From Marsupella aquatica (Eukaryota; Plantae; Marchantiophyta), in assembly GCA_973895155.1 (NCBI GenBank), contig OZ316891.1, positions 29,065,611-29,129,610 of the forward strand: a stretch of DNA of 64,000 nt. Reading direction: 5' to 3'. The notes under the pieces are model-generated. The model ran no database searches. It was not told the origin of the DNA and was given only the letters and a program-made list of their open reading frames with translations. Within the stretch, counting starts at the first letter, position 1. The number at the start of each line of letters is the position of its first letter. Below are positions 12,689 through 24,689 of this stretch, one piece after another. Made by a program: the position numbers and the translations under genes.

Positions 12689-13492
12689 TGTCACAACCCA
12701 TCTTTCCACCCGTCTTGGCAGGGAGAACATGTGTCCAATCAGCAATAATTAGTTCAAGGACCCTTGGTTATGTAAGCTTGAACTATTTGGAGTTGCACAT
12801 TTGAATAGAATGATAGATGAGAGAACAAAGATTAAATGGAGGATTCTAAATGAAGTGAATTTTAAAGGTAGTAATTAGGACAATTTCATTGAAGACAAAT
12901 ATGAGTACATTTATGGTAATGCCGAGGGTAATTCTCCATGCAAAACATCTCCCTTAGTATCTTTATATCTATACAATACATATAACATTCCATATAGTTC
13001 ATGCAAAATATTACTTTGTCCATAGTAGTTGAAAGGTGTTAAAGTCCCTAGTTAGTATACCTCTACCCATAGTAGTTATGGTGTTTATTATCTTTGCTTG
13101 TTACTCCTCTATCCATGGTAGCCAAAGGGTTTCTTAAGCTAGTTACCTTGGTACATATTAGAGAAATTGAAAAGTTTCTTGGGTTTTGTATCTTAGCTGG
13201 GTAAATGTTAGAGTAGTTGAAGAGTTTCTTTCTACTTGTAATTATTTCATAAATGTAAATTAAATAGAAAATTGAAAGAGGTTATCTGGTATATCAATCA
13301 CAACTCATCAAAAGATTATTTTCTTTCACCCCTATTTTACCCTTTTATTTGTTTACTTGAAATGTTATTTTTCAATTTTCTATTGTTTTTACAGTTATAG
13401 GGTCTAATTGTTTTTCTTTGTCTCGCCTCAAACACGAATGATCGAATTTGGTTCTTCTTGCATGACTGACTGTAAGGGTCTTGTTTGTGACA
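12689..13492. mobile_element. Possible degenerate solo LTR (Ty3/gypsy-like ends)
   Basis: Starts TGTCACAA and ends TTGTGACA (8-bp perfect inverted ends). No matching TSD (gcgtt vs aatca), so weak. Confidence 0.3.
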
Positions 13493-14416
13493 AATCATGC
13501 TGATGTGGCTACACGTGCATCCACGAATTTTGGAAGGAACTTCCCATGGCGGCCCCTAACAAATTTTCTGGGCCTTGGGATTGTGTTTTATTCATATAAG
13601 TTTGGAGATACAACCCCAAGCCATTTTCACCTGGTCTCCATGAGCCTAACATATTAATACCCCTAATTATTATGTATCCTATTGCATTATATATCAATTA
13701 ATACATGCTAAAACTTATACATGAATGTAACTACCAAAAGATCAACAACCCTCACTACTATTAATCTAATTAGGGTGAAAAGGAACTTAATGTTACTAGC
13801 ATGCAGTAAGAGGGGAAGAGGGCTTTTCTACATGAATTCAATCATGCTGGGGCCAAGGATTTTTTATTTGGAACCCGGGTTCACCCACCTCCTTTCATTG
13901 GGCAATTTTTTTTTATAAAAATGCATGACTTTTTCAGTAGGGAAGACTAATTCATGAGTGCATTCAATTTGTTTCATTGAAATCAGTGTGAGCAACACTA
14001 ATTGCAGGGAACAACTTATATATCAGCTGATCAGCAGCTACAATGGCCTCCTTCCCTCCACCGCTACGTTACACCATCCTGATCCACCATTCATGGAAAG
14101 TGACCAAATAAGAATTAGTTTGTGGACCCCTATCTCATTTGTGTTTTTAGTTTTAATAGATGTTAAGTTTGAAAAGTAGTGATATATGTGTTGGACAATG
14201 TGTGATGTCAATATATGTGCTACTCCTCTTGAGTTTGTCGATTAGGGATTGAGATTGCTGCTGTGTCAGCCCTACAAGCATATCAACTGGCAGGGTGAGA
14301 TTTTATTGCATATCGACCGACCAACAACTGGATTACTGGGCCCTGATGATAGGGATGGCAGTGCTACCAAAGGCGTACATCCAATCACATGACTGCCCAA
14401 ATTGGAGCAGGCTCTA

Positions 14417-14675
14417 TGTTGCAGTCAGAGATGACAAGATGACACGGGAACATATATAGGCCTGCATGTGTCCTCTGAAAGATTGTTGTTTGAAGTACCT
14501 ACTAACTAAAATAAACTCGACGCTCTGTGTTCTATTAATTTCCCTTGTTGCAGTCAGAGATGACAAGATGACACAGGAACATATATAGGCCTGCATGTGT
14601 CCTCTGAAAGATTGTCGTTTGAAGTACCTACGAACTAAAATAAACTCGACGCTCTGTGATCTATTCATTTTTCTT
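14417..14675. repeat. 129-bp tandem duplication (2 near-identical copies)
   Basis: tgttgcagtcagagatgacaagatgacac... starts at 14417 and 14546. Confidence 0.92.
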
Positions 14676-16844
14676 GGCATGGTTAAATTCAGAATATAAT
14701 TAGAATGTTAAGCTACAACTGACACATGCAACATTCGATAAGCAGAACTCAATGATGTTGAGGGCTCTAACGCATGATAGTACCTGTACCGAGTGCACGT
14801 GCCTGCAGGAACACGAGGGATCGACAACTATAACTAGGCAAACTCAATCACATGCATGAATTGCAGTTGCTATGTGATTGAGGCCGAAGCTCATTAATAG
14901 ATTGACTGAGCTTTTCCAATCTTCCCTCCAAATGTGTGAAGGTAGGGGATCTGGTAGTGACCAATAGTGTAAAGTGATCAAGCACAAGTTTCTAGATTTG
15001 TGAAGTCTTTCCATGTAAAACCCAAACAGAGTAATTATCCTTCCATGGATAAGCTTTACAGTCACGATTTAGGGTAAATCATGTGCTTGACACTCCAGGT
15101 TTTGAGTCCCTGTGCACTATGTCAATGGCGAATAAGGACGGGCAGAGTTGGTTACGGTAACTAAAACAGTTATGTCAAATAGATTACATTATGTTTTACG
15201 GCATGACGCCCTCAATTTTACCAAGAACTTGCCACAAACACAAAATGAGTAGTTATTTTAATTGGAAACAAATCCGTTCTTGTTTGCAACATGTCATGAT
15301 GACATGGCACGCTGTGGAGTCTCGAATTTTGGAAGGAACCTCTAATGGGGTCCGTAAAGAAACTCGCTTATGTTCTTGAAATTTCTGTACTAACCCTGGG
15401 ATGAAAGTGTTCTTTGGGCTCAGCGATCTATCTCCGAGACTGCACTTGACAAAGGCCTTATTAGTACTCACTAGCGCCCGAATACCTGTGTGTATCTGCT
15501 CCTTGTACCCAGACTCCACATGCCCGTCCCTAATCACAAGCTTAGTTTATCTATCAAAAATTTCTGTTATCACAGAACTTAGAGCCTATGGGCGCTTCAC
15601 TCTATGGAGTAGGTCATGAATCGTAAGCTTTGATTGCAGATTGTAGTATAGTCTGTCTTTAGTCCATAGCCAATGAGGGCCCCTCGTTCTTATCTATTGG
15701 ATGTCCACCAAGGAATAGAGAGTCGGGGGGGTTGGGGCTCTTCACCCAACTTAGACACTCAGTAGTTACGTAAGTAACCAACAAAGTTACATGGCATGAC
15801 AAAATTCAAAGGTAAAAACACCCAACAAAGGGGAGAAAATAAAATCTACCCTAGTATTTGTTTCCCCACGTGCTTTGTAAGTCTTTGGGGCTCAACACCC
15901 TATCTTTCTGTTTATTGCAAACATGCATTATTTTGAGTAGAGCAACAGCCTTGTCTCCAGTTTCTCTACTTGTTGCCTAAGTCTTTGGAAACAAGTGTCA
16001 GTTTCTCTCCTTGTTGCCTTCTTTGGAAACAAGTGTCTGTTGCACTATAGATTGCTCAGGCACCAACACTATCTTTGGAGTGCCTAGGTTGTTGGTCTTA
16101 AACCACCAATATTAATGTCCACAAGGTTTGAGGAGGACAAAAAAGTGCACCTTTTAACTTTCTTGAGAACAATATTGACTTATTTTGGTAGCCTGAATTT
16201 GCGAGAGTTTTGCTTTGAGTACAGTTGTGGCTTAAAGTCTCTAGACAAATTCCTCATTGTGACCCTCCTATGAGATTTACTCCATAGCTTTATCAGACTT
16301 CAATTTACTTTTGTGTAGGGCATTAATCCATATCATCGTGGGGACTCTCTTGTTTTTTTGGTTTTTTTTAAAATTAATTTGTTTTAAAGGGGTAATCTGT
16401 GAAACCCCGTAGAATGGGAAGGGTCAACCACAATAGTTGAACCAAAGACCTATTAGTCTCTACTCAAGTGAACTACCACAAAATCATGCCTCTTTGGGCA
16501 GGGACTCTCTTGTTTTAACCCCTCCAGACTTACTCTAAAGCTTTACAAGACTTTCCAATTTACTTTTTTGTAGGGATTTAATTCCATACAATTGTAGGGA
16601 CTCTCTTGAATGGTTTTTTTGGCTCTTTGGTCTCTCCCTGTATTCCCACTTGTTTTTGACCCTTTTTGTTCTTCAGGGGGTCTGATATATACAGAGTAGG
16701 GTGTCTCAAAGTAGGGCTATAAGGAAAAGTTATGGGACACCAGTATGCCCATAAAACACCTTATGATCAGACTTTACGGGCCATTAGGGTGTGTCAAAGC
16801 ACAATTGTACCTGAGTTATGGCTTAGGACATAAAACATACTTAT

Positions 16845-17265
16845 TGTTGAGCATAGACGACGATCGCAACGGCAAGCCCATGAACCATCCAACGCACAAT
16901 AGTCGACACAAGAGATACGTGGTTCACCTCCTTGAGGCTACGTCCACGGGAACACACAAGAGAGCTTTATTGAACTATAAGCCCGTCGGCTATACCGAGT
17001 CTCCACAGTGTAAGCTCTCCCTATCTCTCAAGTGGCTCCATAACAATGAGCCTTGGTTCTACCTCTCCAAGCACACATGCCTCTTATGATATAGTGTGCA
17101 ACTTAGTTGTACCTAACCACATAGTTGTACCTAATCACGTAGTTGTACCTAACCACATAGTTGTACCTAATCACGTAGTTGTACCTAACCACGTAGTTGT
17201 ACCAACCCACGTTGTTGTACCAACCACGTCATACCTAACCTAGACGTAAGAGTAAATACCCAACA
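16845..17265 (-). repeat. 3' LTR of the copia element (421 bp, 7 units of the 18-bp array)
   Basis: TGTTGAGC...CCCAACA on the + strand; direct repeat of 22738-23194. Confidence 0.95.
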
Positions 17266-17278
17266 ATCTTCCCCTTGA
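17266..17278 (-). promoter_or_regulatory. Polypurine tract of the copia element
   Basis: Minus strand CAAGGGGAAGAT immediately precedes the 3' LTR. Confidence 0.85.
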
Positions 17279-17456
17279 CTCTGGTCTAGGGGAGAGTAAT
17301 ACTGCCAATGTATATGATCCCTCAGCGGGAAGTTCTGGACAAAAACCAAACCGGTTTCCCTCTCTAACTAGAGCAAACCAGAACTAAGCCGTAGGCTAAT
17401 ACATAGGAATGAGGAAGAGCATATATCAGTAATTACAATAAATGTTAAGAAAACTC

Positions 17457-20400
17457 TACTTGTGATGCAATTGCAAAACCTGCAATACGTCACGATGTCT
17501 AGAGAAACTCTCCAAAGGAATCACTTTGGTAAATGCATCAACCGGGTTGAGTTTACCATCAATCTTGACTAGCTCAAACAAATTATCAGACACAGCCTGC
17601 CTGATAAAAATGGTACCTGACGTCAATGTGCTTCACTCTGCTGTCCATCACCTGGTTCACAGCAAGGTGGAGCGCACTTTGACTATCACAATGGAGCTTC
17701 ACATTCCCCTGTGGCAATCCCATTTCAGTGATAAGTCTATCCAACCAAATCGCTTCCTTTGCTGCTTCCGCAGCTGCAACATACTCCGCTTCTGTAGTAG
17801 ACTGAGCAATACACTTCTGCAAAGTAGACCTCCAACTTATGCATCCACCGCCAAGTGTGAACACGTATCCTGTTGTTGATCTCCTTCGGTCCAAATCTTG
17901 TCCATAGTCAGAATCTACATAGTCAATCAATGATCTAGCATTCTTTGCATTCGCATAAAATAAAAGACCATGATCCACGGTACCCTTCAAGTACCTGATA
18001 ATCCACTTCACTGCTTCCCAGTGTACCTTCCCTGGATTCGACATGTACCTGCTCACCTTGCCCATAGCCATGGCAAGATCAGGTCTAGTGCAAGTCATCA
18101 AATACATGAGACTCCCCACTGCCTTGTCATACGGAACCTTTGACATCAACCCCTTCTCTGTGTCATCCGTAGGACAGAACGCTGATGATAACTTGAAGTG
18201 TGGAGCCAACGGGGTACTTACTGGCTTGCTATTCCTCATGTTGAACCTTGCAATTACCTTCCTCGCATAACTGCTCTGCGTCAACCATAGCTTGCCAGCC
18301 TCCAAGTCCCTAGTGATCTCCATACCCAAAATCCTCTTAGCTGGCCCTAAGTCCTTCATCTTAAACTCTGCACTAAGCAGTGCCTTGAGCTTAACAATCT
18401 CAGACCTATCCTTGGCTGCAATTAGCATGTCATCCACATAAAGTACTAAAACAATGAACCCAAAGACAACATTCTTCACCGGTTTCAAATACACACAAGG
18501 GTCAAATACACTTATGTGAAAACCTTGTGACCGAATCCAATCGTCAAACCGCTTGTTCCACTGTCTTGGTGACTGCTTCAACCCATACAAGGATTTCAGC
18601 AATCTGCAAACCAATTCCTCCTGTCCTCTCTTCACAAAACCTAGCGGTTGTCTCATGAAGATCACCTCTTCCAATGTGCCATAGAGGAAAGCTGTGACAA
18701 CATCCATCTGATCTAGCAGCAGACCAAACATTACAACAAGTACACACAATAGTCGTATTGTAGAGTACTTAGCAACTAGTGAGAAGACCTCATTGTAATC
18801 CACACCTTTCTCTTGTGTGAATCCATTCGCTACCAACCTAGCCTTGTAGACCTTTGATCCACCTCCTATGGAATTATCCTTCAGCTTATAAATCCACTTG
18901 CTGTCCACCACTTGCTGACCCTTAGGCAGCTTAACAAGCTCCCAAGTTTTGTTGTCCTTTAGTGACTGCATCTCCGTTTGCATTGCTGCAGTCCACTTCT
19001 GCTTCTCCTTTGAAGCACTGGCCTCATGAAATGAAGAAGGTTCCCCTTCTTCCAAAATTAACGCATCACCCTCATCATCAGCTGCAAAATCATCCTCTTG
19101 CAGTTGAGATGAATCAACCCACTGTCCATACCTAGGAGGAGCGCGTACAGTATGACCAGATGTTCTTCTAGCCGATGAATCCGGTTAAATTGCGTCTACT
19201 GGTACAATTTGAAGCTCAACAGCATCCACTTGCTGCTCACCAGCATCAACAAACTCCTCTAGTTCCTCTAGCACAGGAACCAGCTCCATAATTGGAGCAA
19301 CTCCTTCTCTCCGGTCATGCACTTCATAACCAATCTCCCCCTCAACGAGATCCGGGATAGGAGATTTTCCTTTGTCAGTACGGGAGACCTGAGTATTCTC
19401 CCCCTCCTTCAATAATCTGGATTCATTGAAGGAAACATCCCTACTGACAACGAGCTTACAGGCAATAGGATCCCATAGCCTAAAGGCTTTCACACCACTC
19501 TGGTACCCAAGAAAAACACATTTCTTGGAGGTAGGATCCAACTTGGTCCTATTCTGCTTCGGTGTGAGAGCATATGCATCACTTCCAAAAACTACCAAGC
19601 CATGATAGTCTGCTTGCCGCTTATAGCGCATCTCAAACGGCGTTTTGAAATTGATAGCACTAGAAGGAGAAAGATTTACCAAATAAGCTACGGTATTGAC
19701 AACTTCTACCCAAAATTCTTGTGGTAAACCTGATTGGCTCAACATACTTCGTGACCGCTCCAACAGTGTTCGATTGAGCCTCTCAGCGACACCATTCTGC
19801 TGCGGAGTATAAACTGTGGTGAGATGACGAGTTATCCCCTGTTCTGAACAGTACTTTTCAAATTCCATTGAAGTGTACTCCCCGCCGTTGTCTGACCTCA
19901 GACTCTTCACCCTTGTATCCAAACACTTGATCGTGTTTCCAGTCTGATTCTCCACCTGGGCCTTCCACTTCTTAAAAATGGACAAGACATCAGACTTATG
20001 CGTCATGAAATAAATCCACACAAATCTTGAGTAATCATCAATAAATGATACATAGTATAACATTTCAGAGTGTGAGGGAGTCGGGGATGGACCCCACACG
20101 TCACTATGTATGTACTCAAGAACCGCTTTGGAACGATGAGTTCCAACACCAAAAGCACGACGATGCTTCTTTCCAAGAATGCAATGCTCACAGAACTCTA
20201 ATTTACAAGATTGCAAATCAGAAATGAGTCCATTCTTCCGTAAGATCGCCAAACCCTTCTCACTCATATGGCCTAGTCGTGAATGCCATAGTTGAGTCAT
20301 CTCCTCGTGAGACTTGGTTATATTGGCCTCTCCACATACAGTATTGCCCTGTAACACATACAAATTTTTTTGTCTGCTCCCCTTCAAAATCACTGTCTCT

Positions 20401-21793
20401 CCCGATCTGACTTGAAGTTCACCATCAATAACGCTCCATTGATGACCATTTGAATCCAACACACCGAGTGAAATCAGATTCTTACGCATGCCAGGTACAT
20501 ACCTGACTCCGGACACTGTGCACACAACGCCATCAAACATTTGAATCCTCACAAACCCAATTCCCTCAATTTGACAGGAGTGATCATTTCCCATCAGAAC
20601 TGAACCGTTTGAAACAGAGTAAGAACTGAAAAACTCATGAATGTAACAAATATGAAAAGAGCAAGCACAATCAAGAATCCACACATCATCTGCTCTCCTA
20701 GATGACGTGCACAGGGCATACCCCCGGCTTCATAAAACATACTCATCATTGAGTAAATTAGCTTCTCCATCAGCCCTAGCCACATTTGCCGATGAAGTTT
20801 CCGCTGCCTTTTCCTTACAGTCTCGCTTGAAGTGTCCAACTTGGTTGCACTTCCAACATGTCACTTGCCTCCTCTGAGGGGATTTACCCTTGGACTTAGA
20901 GCTGGATTTAGATCTAAACTGGGTTCTACGGTCCCCAGTTGGTCGCTGCATACTCCTCCCACGGTTAACATTGAGGGCAGCACCAGATGACGAAGGCTGT
21001 GACGTGATGTGCATCTTCTGCTGAAGATCATCACTAAGTAGAGAACTTACCACGTCATTGTATGAAATGGTATCCCTATCACGATGCAACAACACTCGTG
21101 ATAGGGACTGGTAAGATGGAGGCAATGAACTAAGAAGCTGCAGAGCCTTCGTCTCATCATTCAAAGTCTCCCCAAGGTTTTCCAAGTCAACGACCATGTC
21201 GTTGAAAGCATCCACATGGTCTTGCAACTTTGTACCGGAGTCCTTCATCCTGAAACTCATCAGTCCTTCATCCTGAAACTCATCAGTTTGTAGGAAGTGT
21301 AGAGCCGGTTCGACAACTCCTTGCGGTGATACTTGCTCTACAATTCCGCAAACAAGGACATGCAATCCTTATGTGCACCCAACTGCTTGATGATGGGAGG
21401 CATGAGATAGAGTGTAACACACCATACTCCTTGCTCCTGCATGCGGTCCCATTGTTTCTCATCAACATCTTCTTCACGAGGGCTCAGCAGTTGGCCCATC
21501 CCTGACGCATAGAGCACTCCCTTCACCTGCTTCTCCCATAGCAAGTAGTCAGAGCGCCCATCATACTTTGTCACTTCATACTTGAGTCCCCCAAGCTTGA
21601 AAGTCCCCATCTTCTTCTTTGGCACTACCGTGAGCTCCGGTAGTAGTACTGCTTCCTCCACCACACGCTGCACCGATGATGGTATCGGTGTCACGTGCTC
21701 TTCCTCCTGCTCCTCTCTCTGCCCCTCAAACCGTCGCGGTGATCCTCGTGCTTCAAGTTCCACGTCTTCGAAAAACTCCTCCAAATCACTCAT
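17457..21793 (-). pseudogene. Disrupted copia gag-pol polyprotein
   Basis: Domains: gag KYDGRSDYLLW, zinc knuckle CWKCNQVGHFKRDC, protease WILDCACSFH, GAG-pre-integrase LWHSRLGH..CEHC, integrase HSDVWGP/LRSDNGGEY/QQNGVAER, RT QMDVVTAFL/LYGLKQSPR/LYVDDML, RNaseH DSDY/EAEYVAA/HCDSQSA. Lesions: TAG at 21338-21340, 23-bp duplication at 21240-21285, frameshift near 20730, TAA at 19185-19187, and an extra base in a T-run near 17608. Confidence 0.93.
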
Positions 21794-22723
21794 ATGAGAG
21801 AATCACAAAAAATATCGTTTTTCACCACTTCTCAAAAAACTCGAAAATCAACACCGCCGCGTAGCCCACAAAGCTAGGAGTCCAATACTGAAAAAACCAA
21901 AATCAAAATCAAAATTTGACGGAAAAGTTATTCAAATTTTGGTCGAGGTGGATAAAACCTTGGGAAACTCCCCCGTTTTGACCACCTGAGGGAATAACCG
22001 AAATACCAAGTACAAACCGTCGTTGGAATTGCAATGTGATTGGTGCGCCGCGTTGCCAACTTCAATGGCTTGTTAACAACGAATGTTGATCAATTGCACT
22101 TGGTGCCGTCACCAAGTCCAACAGCATAATTGATTTTTGCTTAGCCTTCCTCTTTGCATCAAAGAGCCAATCCCGGACTCAAAACAATCGTCTTGCCTCA
22201 ATCTCTCCGTTGAGTCAAAACACTTGACGCTTCTCCCTCCAAGTTGATTGCCACGACAAGAAACCCCGATCAGGCAAAAGAGGACTCCATAGCCGGTCAG
22301 AAAAATCAAAATGTTTCTTTTGCTCGTCCCGTCGCACACGGTACTCACTTGGTAACAAATCAGCTACCAAAACAAACAGCTCATCCTGATCTACAAGTAG
22401 AGCTACAACATGCGATGCCTCCTTCGCCGTAGAGCTCACACCATCGAGAAAACAAACTCTGGTCCCTCCTCCGAAAAACCGTCGAACACGAATGTTGCCA
22501 ACTTTCTTCACAAAATCCAGAACGACGAAAACTTAGATCTCTCTGCACCACGAGCTCCGTTCAGCGATTTCTTCACACCGTTAGAAAGCTCTTGCCCCGA
22601 TCTATCCGTTGAGCCCATAAACTCCAAGTTCCATGCGACGGAACTCCGGGAAATCCACCGACACTCAACGCTGGAAAAACCGTCATGAAATCCCGTCATG
22701 AACACACGTCACCTCCCAAGCAT

Positions 22724-22735
22724 GCTCTGATACCA
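22724..22735 (-). promoter_or_regulatory. Primer-binding site, tRNA-iMet
   Basis: Minus strand TGGTATCAGAGC, 2 nt inside the 5' LTR. Confidence 0.93.
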
Positions 22736-22737
22736 AT

Positions 22738-23194
22738 TGTTGAGCATAGACGACGATCGCAACGGCAAGCCCATGAACCATCCAACGCACAATAGTCGAC
22801 ACAAGAGATACGTGGTTCACCTCCTTGAGGCTACGTTCATGGGAACACACAAGAGAGCTTTACTGAACTCTAAGCCCGTCGGCTATACCGAGTCTCCATA
22901 GTGTAAGCTCTCCCTATCTCTCAAGTGGCTCCATAACAATGAGCCTTGGTTCTACCTTTCCAAGCACACATGCCTCTTATGATATAGTGTGCAACTTAGT
23001 TGTACCTAACCACATAGTTGTACCTAATCACGTAGTTGTACCTAACCACATAGTTGTACCTAATCACATAGTTGTACCTAACCACGTAGTTGTACCTAAT
23101 CACGTAGTTATACCTAACCACGTAGTTGTACCAACCCACGTTGTTGTACCAACCACGTCATACCTAACCTAGACGTAAGAGTAAATACCCAACA
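22738..23194 (-). repeat. 5' LTR of the copia element (457 bp, 9 units of the 18-bp array)
   Basis: Direct repeat of 16845-17265, 36 bp longer because of two extra array units. Confidence 0.95.
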
Positions 23195-24689
23195 CTTATG
23201 GCCAGGACAAAATAGTTATGGGTACCAAAATAAAGAAAAGTTATGGGACACCAGTATGCCCATAAAGCACCTTATGACCAGACTTTACGGGCCATTAGGG
23301 GGTGTCAAAGCACAGTTGTATTTGAGTTACAGTTCAAGACATAAAACATACTTATGGCCAAGACAAAATAGTTATGGTGACCAAAATATGTACCCCGTAA
23401 GGGTGGTACGTCCAAAAAAATAAAACTGTAACCAAAGTGTTACGGGAGAACTTTGACGCGCCCTATTGGTTGGAGTGAGAATATGCATTGACCCATGCCA
23501 TAAGGGATGAGATATGGGTACTCCCACTCACAGTAAGTGCTTTTGGCCTGTCCCTCTCAGACAAGCCCAAGCCTATTACCTTGACAAGCCGTCACAATAG
23601 CATTTTAATGATACACACTGAGGTACATGTTGTTTCTGTCCCCGGACGGCGCGAGGTTGTGATGATGCAAATTCAGAATCTCAGAGTTAGAGTTATGCAT
23701 TTAGGTCAGCGGCCGCGACAGTTTCTTATGGAAGCCGATTTTGGCCTCCCGCAACTTTTATTATCGTTCGCGTAACTCGTCTTAGTTGGCCAACTCGGCA
23801 GTGCTTTGAGACACTTTAGTCAAACGGAAATTGGACTCCCTCAACTTTTATGGCTGTTCCCTTAACTCAATCCTTAATTGGCCATGCTATGCTTTGAGAC
23901 GCCCTAGTCAAAAGGAAATTTCTGGAAGCTTTGGAGAATCTAGAGAGGCATTCCATCTGATAAAAAAACCAAGCCAGGCGATTGGATCTCTCCTGCCACT
24001 TGGGAAACAATCGCACTTTGGACCAGCTGATATTCCGAGCAAGCAAGGCATATGCTGCCTGGGATCCCCACCTCAAGCTCCCACTTTACACATTGGAGGA
24101 TGCACGGGACACCGAAGAGGAAGAGAGGATCAAGCAGGGCATCTGCCACGACGAGACATGCGTGGTCAGCTTTGAAATCCTGCGAAAGAGTGAACGTTGC
24201 GTGTCTGGTTGTTACCGATTCAGCATTTCAGCCAGTCCCCAGCGGCCCGTCATTGAACGCGTTCAACTGGATTGGCTGAGGAGGCCTGAGGAGTTGGGTT
24301 TCTTTTGTTGTTTCTGCTTGGAGGAGCTTGGATTGTTCAGCTTGCAATCGTACCACTTTACAGAGCCGGACCGCTGCGTATCTTGTTCTTGTTACCACCA
24401 CTCATCGAGCCAGTCCCCAGCAGCTGTCGGTGACGGAACAGACTGAACTGGATTGTTTTGAGAAATTTGGGTGCTTTTGTCTTGGAGGAGGGAAGGGCAT
24501 TCAGGACTTCTATGACGGCCATAGAAGTGGACTGGAAGGCTTGATCAGATCAGATCAGGCCAGCCATAGAAGTGGACTGGAAGGCTTGAGGAATTTTAGG
24601 GTTGCCGTGCTCGTTTGGTCTTTTTTCTTGATTGGGTTTGAGTCTGCAGGAGAGAATTGAGTGAACAGAAAGAGACAGAGGAAGCTCAC

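Larger units (their letters stand above)
16845..23194 (-). mobile_element. Full-length Ty1/copia LTR retrotransposon (Tnt1/Tork-like), coding region inactivated
   Basis: TG...CA LTRs at 16845-17265 and 22738-23194; 5-bp TSD CTTAT (16840-16844, 23195-23199); tRNA-iMet PBS; PPT; domain order gag-PR-INT-RT-RH on the minus strand. Confidence 0.97.
16720..23390. repeat. ~157-bp tandem duplication interrupted by the copia insertion (copy 1 = 16720-16844 plus 23200-23230; copy 2 = 23231-23390)
   Basis: gaaaagttatgggacaccagtatgcccataaa...acataaaacatacttatggcca.gacaaaatagttatgg is present split in copy 1 and intact in copy 2. Confidence 0.85.

Noticed and set aside
14840-15620. Possible transposase or retroelement fragments (e.g. 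PLPSHIWREDWKS)
   Set aside because: Only a faint resemblance to CACTA transposase motifs, with many stops; cannot be supported without a search
17046-17243. VVPNHV-repeat peptides (also 22939-23172)
   Set aside because: Translation of the 18-bp LTR array on the antisense strand; no evidence of coding function
22109-22705. ORFs in the copia 5' leader as a possible extra or env-like gene
   Set aside because: Short, mostly non-ATG starts, interrupted by stops, no TM or known motif; consistent with leader compositional bias
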